NCBI GenBank assembly: GCA_964016885.1
Contig: OZ024742.1
Span: 369,582,001 to 369,646,000, forward strand
Length of the DNA: 64,000 bases
Direction: 5' to 3'
Source of the DNA: Eledone cirrhosa
Taxonomy: Eukaryota
The number at the start of each line of letters is the position of its first letter. Position 1 is the stretch's first letter. A program made the position numbers and the translations under genes. The notes under the pieces are model-generated. The model searched no databases. It saw only the letters and a program-made list of their open reading frames with translations, and was not told the DNA's origin. This document shows, piece after piece, positions 59,532 to 64,000 of this stretch.

Positions 59532-59759
59532 AGACGCCTCACGCCTCTTGATAGAACAACGCTGGTTGAGAACGCGAGAAAGAAAAAGCAGACAGCCACT
59601 GAAAAGCCGACTGATCACACGCCAGAAACCAGCCTCTGTACAACACCATTGTTTGTGCTACATCAAAAATAAACGTATATTTCATCTCTAATTTCTGCTG
59701 TTGAAATCATTATTATGTCACTCGTATCTCAATAACATCTATAACTAATACTGCTAAAG

Positions 59760-59791
59760 TGGTGACCCCGACGTGATTCGAACACGCAGCC
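59760..59791 (-). pseudogene. 32-nt copy of the mature tRNA-Trp 3' end including CCA (Trp PBS plus extension on the plus strand)
   Basis: Reverse complement reads GGCTGCGTGTTCGAATCACGTCGGGGTCA-CCA; TGGTGACCCCGACGTGAT is the classical tRNA-Trp primer-binding site. Confidence 0.85.
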
Positions 59792-59968
59792 AAAGGAAAT
59801 GTGGTAAGGAACCAGATGGACCATAACGCACCAGAATACTGAATACTTAGGGTAGTAGAGTGGGAAATAAGAAAGAGTATGACCCTGACGGCAGAGCTCA
59901 AGCCGTTTCGACAGTTCAGAAATAGCCGTCGAAACGGCTTGAGCTCTGCCGTCGGGGTCATACTTTTT

Positions 59969-60037
<69 letters not shown>

Positions 60038-60044
60038 GTATATA

Positions 60045-60102
<58 letters not shown>

Positions 60103-60106
<4 letters not shown>

Positions 60107-60750
60107 CAAATAACGAAACGAAATTAAATTTCGTTTCGTTTGTAACTCACTTTTGTATGACTGACGCTTAAACAATTAAGTTAAAAATGTACATCTACAT
60201 ATGCATACTGAAATACTAGTATGCATATGAATACACACACGTATACATATGTAGATGTACCAAGTCTTTCACTGGTTACTTTACTGTGAGTATCCAGCTA
60301 TTCTGTATGTAAACACACAGACAAACCGGTTTTTAGAGTCATACTGGTTTTTGATCGTCTCCGTTGAACCGGTACGTACTCACACTCTATGCAAATTAGT
60401 CTGCCCACTACTAATTTTCATAGAAAAAGCATATAACGATATGTGCTTTTACGATTCTCCAGAAAGGCCGGTAGATAGGTAAATATTGCTGATGAGTTGT
60501 AACAACAACGAAACTAGTTCAATATTCCTTGTCTGGCTTTCTGGAGAATAGAGGAAAGGTGTTTCCTCAAAAACCAGTATGACTCTAAAAACCGGTTTGT
60601 CTGTGTGTTTACATACAGAATAGCTGGATACTCGCAGTAAAGTAACCAGTGAAAGACTTGGTACATCTACATATGTATACGTGTGTGTATTCATATGCAT
60701 ACTAGTATTTCAGTATGCATATGTAGATGTACATTTTTAATTTAATTGTT

Positions 60751-60752
<2 letters not shown>
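60103..60752 (+). mobile_element. Family E fold-back element with a canonical minimal type I HHR at 60482-60526
   Basis: AATATTG-CTGATGA-GTTGT-aaca-ACAAC-GAAA-cta-GTT|CAATATT; inverted arms at about 60168-60352 and 60568-60752. Confidence 0.88.
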
Positions 60753-60789
<37 letters not shown>

Positions 60790-61071
60790 AATGAATAATA
60801 AAACAGGTAGACATCATAAAAAGGTAATTTATTCCAAGTGCTTACAAATGTTTCTACAGTAGTTACACAGCCTAGTCATGCTATGTGCAAATTGGTAGTT
60901 ATTTATTTGCAGATACTCAATTTTCAAATGCTGTTTAATCTACCATGTCTTCAGACCAAATGGCTAAAGTGTAAATACCCTTGTATTTATTAAAGGGAGT
61001 TATTGGGGAAGATAGAGTAGAAAAGGAAGAGAGAAAGAAGGGGAGAGGGAGAGAAAGAGAGAGAGATAGAT

Positions 61072-64000
61072 AAGTTTCTTTTATTTGCCACTAGGGCATC
61101 AAAAGTGGGACAAGTACAAAGGGGGGAGTTTACACAAAAAGGCGTCCTCAATAAGGAGGAGGCAATAACAAAATATAAAAATAAAATAAGATATAACAAA
61201 AAATAAAATTTTTAACAAAATCCTCAATAGAGAGGAGGCGCCTTGGGGGGTCGCACACACCCCCGAAAAAAGTGTGCAACCCTTTTCCTCAGGAGCACAG
61301 AGAGGGGGTGCTCCCTCGTTCCTTCCTCTTTTCCACCTACAGGCTTATGTAAAGAGAAGGCCCATTCACACGGGCCATTCTCGCCACTTTCACCCACCTT
61401 TCATAAAAACGACTGGGGTGCAGCACCTCTCTCTCCATCCTGATCCTTCTTCCGAAATGATATCGGAAGAAACGGACCAGTTGTTGGCCAGAGAGAAAGG
61501 TGCCTGACCTCAGTCCTTTCAGACGCGTCCACCATACAACCTCTTTCGCCATGGCTATTACGCACAGAAACACCGCCTCTGCTTCATCTTTGAAGGGGGG
61601 AGCCGGCTTGATCATTACAATAGACTCGGTGGTTAACCGGATCGGTCCCACCCTTGACAGCAGTTGTTCGACATAGCCCCACAGATCGGCTACGCCCGAG
61701 CAGTGTACCAATGCGTGTGCAACGGTTTCCTCGTCGCACACGCATCTGGGACAGATCTTTTTGGCGGGGTCCCTACCCGGGCGCCCGTGTCTGTAGAGCC
61801 TTTCTCGAACGGGTAAAGCCCCTCGGTAGCACTGCCAGGCCAGGGACTTCTGGAAGTTGTCCATAGGTCCCGGGCTGAATGTCCTACCGAACAGGCTGGC
61901 CAGTTCGTCCTCCTCCATGTCTAGAGCTTCTCCGAGGGCGTCGTCGCACCTGCTGCGTACCAGCCCTCTATAGAATGTTGCGGTGGAGTCTCCACTGATA
62001 ACCGGATCCGCCTGCCAGAGGGCGGTGAGCGCCTGGGCACACTCAGTGTGCCAGGCGCCCAGTTTTCTCGGTCTTTGCTTGACCCAGGATTGCAGCTCGG
62101 TGAGTGAGACGAGTCTGGGAAAGGTTCGTCTCACAAACGAGGCCCACACCGGTTGTCCGGTGAGGAATACGTAGAGGTGCCGTAGCCTTAATGCGTGTTT
62201 ACGCATCATTAGCCACGGCATCCCCAGCCCTCCTTTCGAAGGGTGTTGACAGCAGATGGATCTCCTCACCATAGGAGCCCGCCCCTTCCAAAGGAATTGG
62301 AAGAGCGCGCGCTCCATCTTGGTGAGGGTTTCCCTTGGGCAGGGCACTACGGTCAGGCGGTAGTAGATGACGGACGCTATATAAGTGTTCGCCACCTCCG
62401 CCCGACCTTTCAGGGATAGTTTGCAACTGGCCCACTTCTGGGTCAGTGCAAACACCCTGTTCGTAACCTCCGCCCAGTTTTTCTCCACCTGGAGGTCCGG
62501 TCCGAACCAGACCCCGAGCAACTTCACCGGGCCCTCCGTCCAGCGTCCGACGACGCCATCGGAGGGCATCGGTCTGCCCCTCCACGTGCCGAGTTGCAAA
62601 CCGATCGACTTGTCCCGGTTCAGCTTAGCCCCTGTGAACTTTTCGTACTCCTCCAGTAAGGTGCCGACCGCCTCGATTTCGGAGGCCGTCGACACCATTA
62701 CTGTCACATCATCGGCGTAGGCTGACACCGCTTTCCGCAATCCCGGTTCCAAAGGGATGCCCTGCAACAACTCCAACTTCCGCAGTAGTGGCTCGAGAGT
62801 CAACACATACAGGAGGGAGGAGAGAGGGCACCCTTGTCGGATGGACCGCGCGATTTTGAACGGCTCCGAGAGGTAGCCGTTCACCTTGACCCTAGAGCAG
62901 ATGCGGCTGCTGTGCATAGCAGTGATCCAGCCCCTGAAAACGGGTCCGAAGCCTGCCGCCGCTAGCACTGCATCCAGGTAACCATGGTCGACCCTATCGA
63001 ACGCCTTAGATTGATCCAAGTTGATCAGAGCCCCACCAAAGCCGGGTTCGTTCCCAACCCTCTCTATGATGTATCGCATGAGGTGGAGGTTGTCATGGAT
63101 GGACCTGGACGGGATAGCGCATGTCTGCGCATCTCCCACCAGGTTGCCCACGACAAGCGCCAACCTCTTTGCTAGCACCTTGGCCAAAATCTGTAACTCT
63201 GTATTTAGCAGAGTTATGGGCCTGAAGTTACTTATTTCGTCCCCCTTGTTCTCGTCCTTCCTCACTAGCGTGACTACGCCCTTGGTCACAGTACAGGGAA
63301 TTCTCCCGTTCTGTTGCCAGTTGCAGTAGACCGCCTCGAGGAGATCGGGGAACAAGTCCGGCATAGCTAGATATAATTCGTAAGGAAGACCATCGAGACC
63401 CGGGGATTTGCGTTTGCCGCATTGGCCCAGCACGTCCTCTATCTCAGCGGCCGAAATCGGCTCCTCGCAAGACTTCGCCTCCCTGTCCGAGAGGCGCGGC
63501 AGGCCGTCGAGGTATGGACCGAAGTCCACGTTTCCAACCGGCTCCCCGCCCCTCCCGAACAGTCGGGCAAAGTGCCTTTGAAAGGCCTCACACATCTGCT
63601 TAGGCTCAAGAATCGCCCGTCCATCCAGGTCTCGCAAAGACCGGATGGTGGATTTAGTTCCACTGTTGGCCTCTGTCACGCGGGCCCAGCTAACAGCTTT
63701 GGCCCCCTCGTTCCCTAGAGCACGTATTTTACTTCGGACAACGCAGCCTTCGTGCTTCGCGTCGAAAAACTGGCTCAAAGCCGTTCTCGACGCTAGCACT
63801 CTGGCCACGTCGCCGCTTCTAATTGCCTCTTCTACTCTATCTATTAGCTCCCTTTCCTTCCTATTCCTATCCGCAGCTAGAACCTTACTAAATTCAATCG
63901 AGACTACTCTAATCTCTCTCTTTAGAGATACCCACCACCTGCTGTTGACGATCGCTCCAGTCAACCGTTCCTTAACTAACGTACTAATCCGATTCCTGTA
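61072..64000 (-). mobile_element. L1/Tx1-clade LINE ORF2 (RT plus C-terminal zinc knuckle), frame open to the window edge
   Basis: ORF 61337-63964 has KSPGLDGLP, NFRPITLLN, KAFDRVDH, RQGCPLS, YADD and CPRC..ET..H....C. The 3' UTR has AATAAA and ends next to a TC-rich tract. Confidence 0.93.

Overview
Repeat-dense, AT-microsatellite-rich animal genomic DNA; the SINE types and (TA)n load suggest a mollusc, probably an octopod (inference). Positions 1-14386 are a ~515-bp tandem satellite (~28 copies). Each monomer carries, on the minus strand, all parts of a discontinuous type III hammerhead ribozyme (HHR) with a ~275-nt insertion in stem II, and on the plus strand a CENP-B-box-like 17-mer. The rest is a nest of mobile elements: a DD37D/maT transposon, two tandem Dong/R4-type RLE retrotransposons in (TAA)n, an internally deleted Helitron, several Penelope-like elements (mostly Naiad-like), CRE-like, RTE-like and L1/Tx1 LINEs, tRNA-derived SINEs, and at least eight short HHR-bearing (TA)n-inserted families, several with non-canonical cores. 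Two phase-compatible exons of a host hyaluronidase (GH56) gene lie at 31470-31714 and 52779-52901, separated by a 21-kb intron. All structural and family calls come from reading the sequence by eye; no searches or folding programs were run.
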